A stretch of 64,000 nt of DNA from IMG/VR virus record IMGVR_UViG_3300025633_000001. One strand, written 5' to 3'. Source of the DNA: an uncultured virus (IMG/VR IMGVR_UViG_3300025633_000001) (Duplodnaviria; Heunggongvirae; Uroviricota; Caudoviricetes). A program made the position numbers and the translations under genes. The notes beneath the pieces are model-generated. The model was not told the origin of the DNA. It worked only from the letters and a program-made list of their open reading frames with translations, and made no database searches. Position 1 is the stretch's first letter; each line of letters begins with the position of its first letter. Shown one piece after another: positions 1 to 9,417 of the stretch.

Positions 1-5
1 CGTTG

Positions 6-506
6 CTACGCCTGGATGAGCTCGGTGAACGGCACCTGCAGCAGCGCCTCGTACTTGTTGTTCCGTGAGTCCGGCACTGGCCGCACGCTGACCCGGTAGG
101 TGAGGTCTTCCCCGATACTCTGCATCTGCGACTCGACCTCGGTGTAGGGGTCGGTGATTATCGCGGGCATCGGGTACGCGGTCCGCAGCGCCGCGTTGAT
201 CGCGTCGACCATGCCGGGGAACAGCAGAGCTGTTCCGTCATCGATGCCGGCCCAGATAAGCCAGATCTCCATCTGGTGGCCGATGGTCTTCCAGCCGCTG
301 GACGTACCGGGCCCGGTGTTCCGGGTGCTCGCGCCGAGCCTGGATTCATGTCCGTCCGCGGGCCACAGGTAGGCGGTGGGGGTGTCGCCCGGATCGGTGA
401 ACGGGTCCGGGGGTGTTATCTGGCAGGCAAGCGGCGGCGCGTTGCCGGGCATCTCGAGACCGGACAGGAGTCCTTGGACATAGGTCAGGGCAGAGGATAT
501 CGGCAC
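6..506 (-). CDS. Putative tail terminator / head-tail completion protein
   Basis: 166 aa directly downstream of the head-tail adaptor; size and position only. Confidence 0.45.
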   Translation of the reverse strand: MPISSALTYVQGLLSGLEMPGNAPPLACQITPPDPFTDPGDTPTAYLWPADGHESRLGASTRNTGPGTSSGWKTIGHQMEIWLIWAGIDDGTALLFPGMVDAINAALRTAYPMPAIITDPYTEVESQMQSIGEDLTYRVSVRPVPDSRNNKYEALLQVPFTELIQA

Positions 507-512
507 CCGCGG

Positions 513-1253
513 TCACCAGCCCAGCATCGGGGACACCATCAGCGCACCCGCGGTCTGGAGGATCGCCGCGGCCTGCGGGGCCAGCGGCGGGAAGATCTGC
601 CCCTGCGCGCTCGCCGTCCGGGTGACCTGCGTGCCCGTGGACATGTTCGTGTACCCGTACTGGCTCTTGACGTTCGCGAGGTCGTTGTTCGCCAGCATGA
701 ACTGGCACTGGGCGCAGGTGGCGCGCATGAACACGTCGATGACGCCAGGATCGACGGGCATCGTATTCGCGTCGGTGATATACACCGCGCCGATCAGTGC
801 CCGGTCAATCACCTCGGTCGCGCGCCGCAGGGCGGTCTGCACTATCGGGACCGGCGACTGCATGTCTCCCGACCAGCCCTGGTACTGCGCGACGCTTGCG
901 TAGCAGCCGGGCGCGGGAGTGAGCTGCGGTAGTGCGGCGACCGTGACGACCTGCGTGTAGCTCAGCGCACCTGACTGCCCCGTGGCCGCCCACACCGCCA
1001 GGTAGTCACTTGGCGTGATGCCGGGCGCCGGAACCCAGGTGTAGGCGAGCGAGGCGCCTGACGCCGGGACGATGCCGGCTGACGTGGGGCCGACGGCGGC
1101 CGCACCGCCTGAAGCCGGGGTGATCGTGATCGTTACCCCGGAGACCTGCTGCGGCTGACCGGATCCGCGGTAAGTCTCGAACATCTGGGTGAGGGTGACC
1201 TGCCCGCCCGGCAGGACGGCCTGATACAGGTCGGCACCGGGCGGGTAGGTCAT
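513..1253 (-). CDS. Head-to-tail adaptor with extra N-terminal beta-rich domain
   Basis: C-terminal YASVAQY...LRRATEVID...RATCAQ...LAPQAAAIL pattern of actinophage connectors; position after capsid. Confidence 0.6.
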   Translation of the reverse strand: MTYPPGADLYQAVLPGGQVTLTQMFETYRGSGQPQQVSGVTITITPASGGAAAVGPTSAGIVPASGASLAYTWVPAPGITPSDYLAVWAATGQSGALSYTQVVTVAALPQLTPAPGCYASVAQYQGWSGDMQSPVPIVQTALRRATEVIDRALIGAVYITDANTMPVDPGVIDVFMRATCAQCQFMLANNDLANVKSQYGYTNMSTGTQVTRTASAQGQIFPPLAPQAAAILQTAGALMVSPMLGW

Positions 1254-1257
1254 TGCC

Positions 1258-1866
1258 TCACAGCCCTTCGGGCTTCAGCTCGGGCGGCGTTGAGCGGTCG
1301 GCCAGCTGCTGCCGGGTCATCCCCGCGGCATCGTCAGCGCCCACGGCCCCGATAGCGACGGCGTAGTCCTGCCACGCCTTCTTCGGAGCGTTATCAGCGG
1401 GGCGCTGCGGCTCACCGGCCGCGTCGGTCATCTTCGCCGGCTGCTCTTGCGAAGTGCCCTGGCCGTCAGTGCCGGTGCCGCCGAAGACAGTCGCCGGGGT
1501 GGGCGTGCCGTTCTCGCCGTTCTCGGCAGCATCGCCGTCTTCGCGGTCGATGTCGTCCTCGCCGAGGTTGTCGTGAGGGTCGCCGCTGGTCTCCCATGAC
1601 TCCCTGTCGCGGCGCTCCAGCGCGCCGCTTACGTCGTACTCGTCGCCCTGCCAGGGCATGTCGTCGTCATCGACTCGGGATAGCTCGCCCTTGCGCCACT
1701 GGTCCTCGATCGCCTCGTGCAGCGGCAATGAGTGATCGATGACGGTTCCGGCCGCGGACCGCAGGCGGATATCGCCGCGGCGCTTCGCCTCGCGGCCGGA
1801 GTTGCTGTCGTCACCGGACTTGCGGGTGGTCTGCTGCTCGCGGAACTCGTCGCGTTCGTCAGTCAT
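1258..1866 (-). CDS. Acidic hypothetical virion-module protein with short C-terminal helical (HeH-like) motif
   Basis: GGAGG RBS; C-terminal RPADNAPKKAWQDYA...MTRQQL. Confidence 0.45.
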   Translation of the reverse strand: MTDERDEFREQQTTRKSGDDSNSGREAKRRGDIRLRSAAGTVIDHSLPLHEAIEDQWRKGELSRVDDDDMPWQGDEYDVSGALERRDRESWETSGDPHDNLGEDDIDREDGDAAENGENGTPTPATVFGGTGTDGQGTSQEQPAKMTDAAGEPQRPADNAPKKAWQDYAVAIGAVGADDAAGMTRQQLADRSTPPELKPEGL

Positions 1867-1879
1867 GGTCGCCTCCCGG

Positions 1880-2338
1880 TCAGACAAGGTTGGTCGGCAG
1901 AAGGATCACCGAGTACGTCACGGAGCTGCCCGAGGACCAGTCGATCCACAGGTCGCCGCCGTTGACGTTGTTCGGCTGGATGAACCTGTCCGTGCTCAGC
2001 GGCCCTATGTACTGGGTGGTGCCGGCCGCGACGGGGAACGAGGCGTCGCCGAGGCTTCCCTGGGTGAACACCGTGTTCGCCGGGTTCGGGAGGCTGGAGT
2101 TGGCCGCGCCGGACGCGGCGCCCCCGTAGCCGGATCCGCGCAGGATGCACGTGATGGCCGAGCCGCCGCCGTTGGTGACGGCCAGGATGACGTGGAACGG
2201 CCCGTAGGTCGGCGGGGTGTTCGTGGTGGAGAACGGGACTATGTTCCCGTTCGTGGCGTCAGCGGCCTGAGTGGTCGCAGCCGTGGCATTGTCGTAGCTC
2301 AGCGCGACGAGACCCGCGGCGATAGCAGTGCGTGCCAT
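1880..2338 (-). CDS. Putative capsid decoration/structural protein
   Basis: MARTA start, beta-rich, AGGA RBS, immediately after the major capsid gene. Confidence 0.5.
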   Translation of the reverse strand: MARTAIAAGLVALSYDNATAATTQAADATNGNIVPFSTTNTPPTYGPFHVILAVTNGGGSAITCILRGSGYGGAASGAANSSLPNPANTVFTQGSLGDASFPVAAGTTQYIGPLSTDRFIQPNNVNGGDLWIDWSSGSSVTYSVILLPTNLV

Positions 2339-2371
2339 ATCTGGCGTGTTCCTTTCTTCCGCAGGTTCTGG

Positions 2372-3289
2372 TCAGAGCCCGGCCGGGCGCTCGACGTAGG
2401 CCACGCCGATGCAGTCGGGACGGACGAGCTTCACTCCGTAGAGGTGCAAAGCCCTCACGCCGTCGGCGAAGTCGTTGATCAGGCGCATCGCCTCCGACTG
2501 GGCGATCTGCTCGGCGTAGGTCAGAGCCATCGGGTGACCGAACTGGATCCCCCACACCCCGGTGCCGCCGCCGCCCGCGACGGGCTGCGGGCAGTTGTTG
2601 GTCTTCAGGACGTTGAACGTGGAGATCTGGCCCATGAACCCGCGCTGCATAGTGCGGTTCGGGCTGCCGTCAAGGTCGATGGCCTTGATGAACCCCTCGG
2701 TCTGGGAGATCAGCGACGCGGCCCACGGCGGGGCGGTCATGTACCTGTCCTCGTCGGGAACATCGTTCTGGTCCATGATGACCTTCGCCGGCTCGAGCAC
2801 CTGGACGAAGAAGTCCGCCGGGTGCCATGTGCCGGAACCGCCGAGGCTGTACGGCGCCGGGGTCAGCGGCGAGCCGGTCGAGGCGAGCACGTTGGACTGC
2901 GCCGCGCCCGTGTACTTCGATGCGATGTACTGGTCGGCGACGTCGGCGAGCCGGTAGGCACCGCGGCCTTCGAGGTAGGGCTGCATCTTCCCGGCCGCCT
3001 GGGCGCGGTCGATGTCGTTGATCGAGAAGCTGATGTACTTGGCCTGGTCGATGACCAGGGTCAGCCCGGCGTCGGCGATCTGCTCGTAGACGATCGCGTT
3101 GGAGCCTGGCACGTACGTGTTGACCACCGGGTCACCGAACTGGGTGATGTGGACCGTGTCGCCCTTTTCGGCGATGTCACCTTCGTAGTCCTTGTTGATG
3201 ACCATCTCGGAGCCGTAGACGAGCTTCTTCTGGAGACTCGCGAGGATGGATGAATCCCACACCTCGGGAATGAAGTTGCGAAACGTCAC
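2372..3289 (-). CDS. Major capsid protein (HK97 fold)
   Basis: NFIPEVW...DYEGDIAEKGDTVHI...FADGVRALHLYGVKLVRP motifs; follows scaffold. Confidence 0.92.
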   Translation of the reverse strand: MTFRNFIPEVWDSSILASLQKKLVYGSEMVINKDYEGDIAEKGDTVHITQFGDPVVNTYVPGSNAIVYEQIADAGLTLVIDQAKYISFSINDIDRAQAAGKMQPYLEGRGAYRLADVADQYIASKYTGAAQSNVLASTGSPLTPAPYSLGGSGTWHPADFFVQVLEPAKVIMDQNDVPDEDRYMTAPPWAASLISQTEGFIKAIDLDGSPNRTMQRGFMGQISTFNVLKTNNCPQPVAGGGGTGVWGIQFGHPMALTYAEQIAQSEAMRLINDFADGVRALHLYGVKLVRPDCIGVAYVERPAGL

Positions 3290-3312
3290 TTAACGTCCCT
3301 TTCTGCGCATGG

Positions 3313-3341
3313 AAAAGCCCCGGAGTGCTGAATCCGGGGCT
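3313..3341 (-). terminator. Intrinsic terminator-like hairpin between scaffold and major capsid
   Basis: AGCCCCGGA-N8-TCCGGGGCT followed by a short T-run on the minus strand. Confidence 0.4.
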
Positions 3342-3381
3342 CGGGTTAAACCGCGCGGGACGTGCCGTTGCGCGGTGCTGT

Positions 3382-4326
3382 CTACTTGGGTGGCGGATAG
3401 CCGATATCGATCAGCAGGCCGTTCTTGATCGCCTCCTGGAGCGCCTTGGGGTCGCTCTTGGCGATGGCCTTGGCTTCCTCGACGGTCCACTGCCGGTTGC
3501 CGCCGGGATGGGTGTGCTCGCCACCGGACCGCGCCGGGGGCTTGCGCCCGCCACTGCCGTCCTTGCCGCCTGCTTCGTCCTTCGCGCCGGCCTTGTACTG
3601 CGGGCTGCTCTCGACTGCGCTCTTGATCGCCTCAGCCAGGTCGTCGCCGAACGAGTCCGACGCCGGGTCGAGCTTGCCGACCTTGGCCATGAACGACCGC
3701 GAGTCGAGCAGGGCGTCGCCGTTGGCGTCGTGCTTCCCGGCGTTGCGGAGGACGGCGAGCTCAATCTGGCTCTGCCGGATCGAGTTGTCCCGCTGGCTGA
3801 TCTCGGCCTGCGCCTTCTCCTGCGCGGCCTTCAGCTCGGCGGCCAGCTTCTCCGGGTCGGGCGGCTCGTCGCCGGACTTGAGTCCGAGCGCGACCGCCAG
3901 GGCGTCCATCTGCTTGGCCCGGTCGGCTTTGTCGGAGTCGACGGCTTCCTGGAGCTTGGCCTGCGCGGCCTTGACGGACGCAAGTTCCTTCTCTGCCGCC
4001 TGCCGCTTACCGCGCTCGGCCTTGAAGTCGTCGCGGATCGCGGCGATGGTACGGCCGGTCTTGTCCTCGTCGTCGCTTCCGGTGAACTGACCCCGGTCGT
4101 TGCGGCCAGATCCGGCATCGTCACGGCCGCCAGAGCCGTTCCCGCCTTCGCTGCCACTGTCGTTCTGGCTAGCGTTACCGCTTCCGGTCTCGCCCTGGCC
4201 TTCCGTGTTTCCGCTGTCGTTCCCGCCGTCTTCGCCGGACCCGCCGGCGATCAGGTAGAACGGGCGGCCGTTCTTCAGGTAGCCGAGCAGCGCGCCAGGC
4301 GCGTCCGGCAGGTTGTGCGTGTGCAT
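3382..4326 (-). CDS. Capsid scaffolding protein
   Basis: GYLKNGRPFYLIAGG N-terminus, acidic Gly-rich linker, coiled coil, LLDSRSF motif; GGAGGG RBS before ATG 4326. Confidence 0.85.
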   Translation of the reverse strand: MHTHNLPDAPGALLGYLKNGRPFYLIAGGSGEDGGNDSGNTEGQGETGSGNASQNDSGSEGGNGSGGRDDAGSGRNDRGQFTGSDDEDKTGRTIAAIRDDFKAERGKRQAAEKELASVKAAQAKLQEAVDSDKADRAKQMDALAVALGLKSGDEPPDPEKLAAELKAAQEKAQAEISQRDNSIRQSQIELAVLRNAGKHDANGDALLDSRSFMAKVGKLDPASDSFGDDLAEAIKSAVESSPQYKAGAKDEAGGKDGSGGRKPPARSGGEHTHPGGNRQWTVEEAKAIAKSDPKALQEAIKNGLLIDIGYPPPK

Positions 4327-4523
4327 GATTGCCCTCCAGAGGGCGTTGGTGCACCGGACCAGTCCGGCGCGTGAAACCCCCGCGTCTAGCGCGGGGTGGC
4401 TTAATATGGGCCCGCTGATTGCGTCGAAGCCGTATCGGCGGGACGGCATGCGTTGCTGGTGCAGGCCTTAAATGAAGGCGATGAACTATCCGCCGGGCCG
4501 GGGGTTCGACTCCCCTTGCGCAG

Positions 4524-5387
4524 TCAGCTGTTCAGCGGCACGAGATCATGACGGCAGTGCGGATGGCCCAGTCCGCCGCCGAGTGCGTCGTCCACGGTGC
4601 CGTCTACCTGACCGCTGGAGGCCGTGCCGCTGATGGACAGGACTGCGCCGACCCACGGAGCACACATCTGGCAGGAGCCGGCCGACGGGCCGACGACGAT
4701 AACCAGATCCGAGCCTGCCGCGGTGTAGGTGCCGAGCTGGACGCCGATGTGCAGGCTGCCCGCGGCGGCCATGACCGCCGCTCGGGCGTACGTGCCCAGA
4801 TGCCAGCTCCGCCCGGCTGTATCGGTGTAGCCGGTCAGTCCGTTCTTAGTAATCGCAGCGAGCAGGGAGCGCAGCCAGGATGACTGAGCGGCACCGGGAA
4901 TACGCCGGGGACTGCCGCCTTCCTCGCCCTCGTCGTGTTCTTGCGCGGCGCTCTGGGCGTTCTGGAGCGCCAGCAGTGAGGACCCTAGTGCCACGCCGCC
5001 GGCAGTCTCCAGCCGCGACAGCATCGCAGCCCAGCTGGCGATCAGCGCAGCGGGTTCCCCCGTGCGAGCGTGCGTGATCCCGGCTGCGGCGAGCGATACC
5101 CGTGACGAGTCCGCGGCGTCCGCCTGGATCGTGCGGCTAGCCTGCTCGAGCTCGTGGCGCGCCTTGGCCTCGGCCGCGGCGATGATGACCGCGCCGGTTC
5201 GTTTCAGGCGTCTACGGGCGACCGCTGCGGGCATGTAGCCTTCGATAACCCGCGCGGCGAGGTAGGCCGTCAGTGTCGCAAGGTGCCGTTCTGCCGCACC
5301 ATAGATGAGTGTGGCCGACGCTGCCGCCGCCTTGGCCTGATCAACGCGCCGGTCGCCGCCAGTGCGAGGTGACGCAGTGAACGGCAC
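4524..5387 (-). CDS. Phage minor capsid / head morphogenesis protein
   Basis: GYTDTAGRSWHLGTYAR, CxxC-PW and GLGHPHCRH motifs. Confidence 0.8.
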   Translation of the reverse strand: MPFTASPRTGGDRRVDQAKAAAASATLIYGAAERHLATLTAYLAARVIEGYMPAAVARRRLKRTGAVIIAAAEAKARHELEQASRTIQADAADSSRVSLAAAGITHARTGEPAALIASWAAMLSRLETAGGVALGSSLLALQNAQSAAQEHDEGEEGGSPRRIPGAAQSSWLRSLLAAITKNGLTGYTDTAGRSWHLGTYARAAVMAAAGSLHIGVQLGTYTAAGSDLVIVVGPSAGSCQMCAPWVGAVLSISGTASSGQVDGTVDDALGGGLGHPHCRHDLVPLNS

Positions 5388-5396
5388 CGCCTCAGG

Positions 5397-5612
5397 TCAC
5401 TTCTTCCTGGCGCGCTTCTTAGGCGCGGGCGCCTTCTTGGGTGCGGCAGCCGCCTTGCCGGCCGGACTCCACGGATCATCGACCTTGGCCCGGTCTCGCA
5501 CACTGCCGTTCAGTGCGCCGGAAGTGCGCGGGGGAACCTTCGCCGCCGGGGTCTTCGCCGGGCGCCCGGCTGCCGGTACCCGCTTGACCTTGGGCGCCTT
5601 CTCCTTCGCCAT
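5397..5612 (-). CDS. Small Lys/Ala/Pro-rich basic protein
   Basis: Histone-like composition; tightly packed in the head operon. Confidence 0.55.
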   Translation of the reverse strand: MAKEKAPKVKRVPAAGRPAKTPAAKVPPRTSGALNGSVRDRAKVDDPWSPAGKAAAAPKKAPAPKKRARKK

Positions 5613-5613
5613 A

Positions 5614-5814
5614 TCAGCCGTTCAGGCCGGTGTACGGCCCGAGGATGCACGCCGGGACAGGCGGAACGCTACCGGCTTGGGCCGACGCGGAACGCTGCGC
5701 GGGCGGGTTCGGGTTCGTGCCCACCGTCTGCTGTACCTGCGGCATCGGCTTGCTCGTGTCCGGGTGGAAGTTGGACTGCCGCTGGCCGCGGTCGGCCGGC
5801 CCCCGGGTCTTCAT
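5614..5814 (-). CDS. Small hypothetical protein
   Basis: AAGGAG RBS; overlaps the upstream stop. Confidence 0.45.
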   Translation of the reverse strand: MKTRGPADRGQRQSNFHPDTSKPMPQVQQTVGTNPNPPAQRSASAQAGSVPPVPACILGPYTGLNG

Positions 5815-6059
5815 CGCTTCTGCTCCTTCGGCTTGACCTCGTGAGCGCCGGTACGGTGCAGCGGCGGCGGACCCGAAGGGGTCGTGACGGGCTTACCGGT
5901 GACCGGCAGCGCGGCGGGACCGGTCACGGCGTGGGTCGGTTCGCGGGAAGGCAGGATCGCCGTGGACGCGGGCTTGGTGGAGCTTGGCGCACCGGGGACG
6001 CTGCGCTGCCCGCTCTGCGGTGCCGGAACCGGAGACGACGGCATCTTAGTCATGATCAC
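5811..6059 (-). CDS. Small Pro-rich hypothetical protein
   Basis: Translationally coupled to neighbours. Confidence 0.45.
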   Translation of the reverse strand: MIMTKMPSSPVPAPQSGQRSVPGAPSSTKPASTAILPSREPTHAVTGPAALPVTGKPVTTPSGPPPLHRTGAHEVKPKEQKR

Positions 6060-6289
6060 TTGCCCTTCTTGGCTGCGGTCTTGCGGCCCTTGGCGAGCAT
6101 GCCCGTAGCCATGTTCGCCTGCTTCTGGGCGAGCGGCCCGTGCTTGCCGGCTTTGGCTTCGGCCATCTTCGCGGCGGGGATCGGCTGGTCTTTCGGCACA
6201 CCGAGGGACTCGTGCAGGCCGCCCGGCTTCATCTTCACCGGTGCTCTGCCGCCCGATCCCTTCATGATTGTTTTCTTCCTCGCCGCCAC
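6056..6289 (-). CDS. Small basic protein (KPGGLHESLGVP family, recurrent in phage head modules)
   Basis: GGAGG RBS at portal stop; MKPGGLHESLGVPKDQPIP motif. Confidence 0.6.
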   Translation of the reverse strand: MAARKKTIMKGSGGRAPVKMKPGGLHESLGVPKDQPIPAAKMAEAKAGKHGPLAQKQANMATGMLAKGRKTAAKKGK

Positions 6290-6299
6290 GCGTGGCCTC

Positions 6300-8069
6300 C
6301 TAGTCGCTGTTGCCCTGAGCTTCGCTTTCCGCAGCCTGTTCAGCCTGCGCGGTCGCTGTAGCCGCCCCGATCGCGTCCGGGATCTCCCCGAGTTCCTGCG
6401 CCAGCGACTCGCCCGGCTGGCCGCCGAGCGCGACCCGGGCCCGGCCCAGCATGTCGATGCTGATCTCGTCGTAGATCCGCTGGACTTCCTCGGCAACCTG
6501 CTCCGGTTTCCAGTCCGGGTGCATGGTCGAGACCGCCGTCTCGACCGATGCCGCCTCGGCGCCGCGCATCGCCGCCACGGTCTGCGCGAGCTCAAGCTGG
6601 TTCGGCAGCACCGCGTCGGGCCACTCGATCTCGGGCCGTACCGGCGCGATCCCGGAACTGAACACGGTCGCGTCGATTGCCATCAGGCCGTAGATGATGT
6701 CAGCGAGACCCGGCCGCCAGTAGTTGATTTTCTTGCCGCGCGTCGTGAGGCTTTTGCGCTCGCGGGCTACGACCTCGGTAGCGGTCTGCGCGATGTCGCC
6801 CTGCAACCCGAGCGTCTGGCCGCTGTAGCCCGACTGGGTGATGATCGTCTCGATCAGGTTCTGGCACGTCTGCTGATGGGCCTGCCACCTGATGTCGAAC
6901 TGCTGCGGGAGAATCTGGTCCTTCACCGCAGCCTCGCCGGTCACCAGCCCGCTGATCGGGACCAGGACTTCTTTCTCGAGGTCCAGGAACGCGCCCTGGC
7001 CGCGGCCGAGGGACTGCAGATTAGACGGCGGCACGATGAGCCGTGCCTTGCCCAGCCTGATGTCCCGCATCCACGAGCTCAGCGTCTCGTCCAGAGCATC
7101 CATCAGGCCCTCGACGCCGCTGAAGTCCGACCGGCCGAGCGCCTCGCCCTGCGGGCCGATGCTGCGCCAGATCCGGTTCGGCAGCAGGTTGGGCACGTAC
7201 ACGACAGTGGACGCGTCGCCCGGGGCGTCGGGGAACGTGATCGCATTGCCCTGCGTCAGTGCGCTCGCGAACGGCCGGGTCTCCTCGAAGTCCGTCAGCG
7301 ACATCGGGATTCCCAGATCTTTCTGGGTGCCCTTGTAGACGCCGTGGAGGATCGCGCCCTGCCCGACGAGATGCTTCTCCAGATGCCGGACAACTACCTT
7401 GCCCTCGTCCCGGATGACGCTCCAGAACGTGACAGCCGTCAGCCTGCCGTACCGGAACTCGGGAACGGCGCAGTCCGCGGGGACTTTGTCGATCCACGGC
7501 CGGTCCGCGACGTCGGTGTCCCACACGACACGCAGGTACACCCCGCCGAGAGCGGCGGCATACTCGGCGGCTTCCATGAGCCGGGCGTGGGCGCCGTCAT
7601 CGATCAGGCCGCCGAGGTAATCCTGGGTGGCGGTGTCGCTCTCGTATTTCAGGGTGGGAGGCTGAGCGAACAGCAGACTCGCCGACGTGGAGGCGATATC
7701 CCCGGCGAGGGGGACGTGGTAGTTGGTGCGGCGCTCACCTTCGGGCGGGACGTTGCCGGCGAACCAGCGCCGGATCACGCCGAGCAGGCCCGTGCGGTGA
7801 CGTCCCGCGCCGTAACTGCCCGCCTCGCCGGTCGTCGCCGACCAGGCGCGGGCGGCCGGGGAGTTCCCGCCGTTTTCGTAGCCGTAGACCGCCGCGAGCT
7901 CGTCGGGTGACCCTGAGAGCCACGCGGACCAGATCATGTGATCGCGGGCGACGGGACTGAACCGCAGCGGCGGCCACGGCATATCACCGCCGGACGGCAG
8001 CTGGCCGTTGAAGGCGTCCACGGCCTCAAGCTCGCCCTCGAACGGGAGGATGAGGTCAGAGATCGCCAT
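6300..8069 (-). CDS. Portal protein
   Basis: HVPLAGDIA, YVPNLLPN, GRSDF, LMDALDET, TATEV motifs; follows terL. Confidence 0.92.
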   Translation of the reverse strand: MAISDLILPFEGELEAVDAFNGQLPSGGDMPWPPLRFSPVARDHMIWSAWLSGSPDELAAVYGYENGGNSPAARAWSATTGEAGSYGAGRHRTGLLGVIRRWFAGNVPPEGERRTNYHVPLAGDIASTSASLLFAQPPTLKYESDTATQDYLGGLIDDGAHARLMEAAEYAAALGGVYLRVVWDTDVADRPWIDKVPADCAVPEFRYGRLTAVTFWSVIRDEGKVVVRHLEKHLVGQGAILHGVYKGTQKDLGIPMSLTDFEETRPFASALTQGNAITFPDAPGDASTVVYVPNLLPNRIWRSIGPQGEALGRSDFSGVEGLMDALDETLSSWMRDIRLGKARLIVPPSNLQSLGRGQGAFLDLEKEVLVPISGLVTGEAAVKDQILPQQFDIRWQAHQQTCQNLIETIITQSGYSGQTLGLQGDIAQTATEVVARERKSLTTRGKKINYWRPGLADIIYGLMAIDATVFSSGIAPVRPEIEWPDAVLPNQLELAQTVAAMRGAEAASVETAVSTMHPDWKPEQVAEEVQRIYDEISIDMLGRARVALGGQPGESLAQELGEIPDAIGAATATAQAEQAAESEAQGNSD

Positions 8070-8093
8070 GGAGGCTGTCGCCTCCAGTTCGGG

Positions 8094-9410
8094 TCAGGCT
8101 GCTCGCGGAGCTCCGAGGGGGATCTGCTGGCGCCACACCGAACGGGTCGAGAAAATCCCGTAGCGCAGCGCATCGACGCCGTGGTCGGCTACCTTGATCG
8201 GCTTGTCCTCGCCGAGCTTTGCCGCCTTGTCGTCCCACGCGTAGGCCGGAAGTTCCGCGAGCAGTTCCGGGCAGTCCCGGCTTACGCGCAGCTTCCCGGC
8301 GGTCATCAGGCTCGAGACGGTACGGATGCCGTCGAGCACCTCGTTGTTCGCCGCGGCGGTGACCATGCCGTCTTGCTGAAGCTGCACCCGGAATGACGCC
8401 GCCGACGGGTCGACCACGACGTAGTGCGGGCGAACACCCCTCATGAACGAACCGTCGGCCTGACGAGACGCCGGGATCTTCACCTGGTCAATCCAGGAAC
8501 GGACGCGCTCGGAGTACTCCGCGTCGGTCAGCTGGCGCCGTTGCCGCCGCGCGTCATAGCGGTACTCATCCACCACGTACATGCGGGCGTCCGCGCCGAT
8601 GCCGATCATGAGCGCGTGCAGGGGATTCGACGTGCCGTAGTCGATTGAGCAGCACATCCACATCGTGATCGGCGGCATGATGTCCGCGATCATCGTGTCC
8701 GGATCCCACATGTCGAAGATCGCGCCCTCGGCAGCGATCCACAGGCCCTCGATGAACCGTTTCCGCCACAGGCCGGTGAACTCGGCCGACAGCGCCGAGA
8801 CGTAGGCGCTGGACAGGTGCGGGTTATCGGCGAGGCGGAATGAGAACCGGGCCAGGTCGAGCTTTGTCTCGTCCTGCGAGCGGAGCACGTTTCCGGCGTG
8901 ATCCAGCCACAGCGAAGCGCGGTCCAGGTAGTCGACCATCAGCCAGTGAGCCGGTGAGTCCGGGTTGGACGTGCCGAACGCCTTGGCGTCGTCCTCGCTG
9001 AGCCGCGACGTCAGCATCCGCCAGAACGACTCCGGCCACGTAGAGATCTCGTCGCCGTACGCACCCGCGAGGGTGAGCCCGCGGATCTTCTCCTGGCTCA
9101 GCTCGTTGTTCGCCCCGGCCGTGTAGATCCGGCGCCCGAGCAGCCACAGCTCCCCGGAGCCCTCGACGTAACGGCAGCGGGATTTCCCCAGCATTTCCGT
9201 CAGCGGGTCGATGATGTTCCGCTTCAGCGTCCGCTCGGTCTTCCCTGTCATCAGGAGGTTCCCCGGCGGACCGTGGCGGACGAACTTAAGCCACGCGATG
9301 AGGCTGCTGATTGTCTTGGACGAGCGGACCGAGCCTTCCCACAGGTTGATCCGGGCATCCGCGAGGCGGACCGATTCGAGCTGCTTGCCGACGAGAGGGG
9401 CGACCTTCAC
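8094..9410 (-). CDS. terL: Terminase large subunit
   Basis: Walker A GSVRSSKT, YGDE, NPDSPAHW, DYG, DPSA, DHGVDALRY nuclease motif. Confidence 0.96.
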   Translation of the reverse strand: MKVAPLVGKQLESVRLADARINLWEGSVRSSKTISSLIAWLKFVRHGPPGNLLMTGKTERTLKRNIIDPLTEMLGKSRCRYVEGSGELWLLGRRIYTAGANNELSQEKIRGLTLAGAYGDEISTWPESFWRMLTSRLSEDDAKAFGTSNPDSPAHWLMVDYLDRASLWLDHAGNVLRSQDETKLDLARFSFRLADNPHLSSAYVSALSAEFTGLWRKRFIEGLWIAAEGAIFDMWDPDTMIADIMPPITMWMCCSIDYGTSNPLHALMIGIGADARMYVVDEYRYDARRQRRQLTDAEYSERVRSWIDQVKIPASRQADGSFMRGVRPHYVVVDPSAASFRVQLQQDGMVTAAANNEVLDGIRTVSSLMTAGKLRVSRDCPELLAELPAYAWDDKAAKLGEDKPIKVADHGVDALRYGIFSTRSVWRQQIPLGAPRAA

Positions 9411-9417
9411 GGGTCGC

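Noticed and set aside
4449..4523. Possible tRNA gene ending in GGTTCGACTCCCC
   Set aside because: No convincing D arm, anticodon arm or full acceptor stem; kept only as a low-interest structured region
1739..7910. Long + strand ORFs (504, 349, 689 aa) opposite the capsid, scaffold and portal genes
   Set aside because: Antisense shadows typical of high-GC coding DNA; no motifs. The same applies to 15686-17098, 17925-19496 and 41721-43250.
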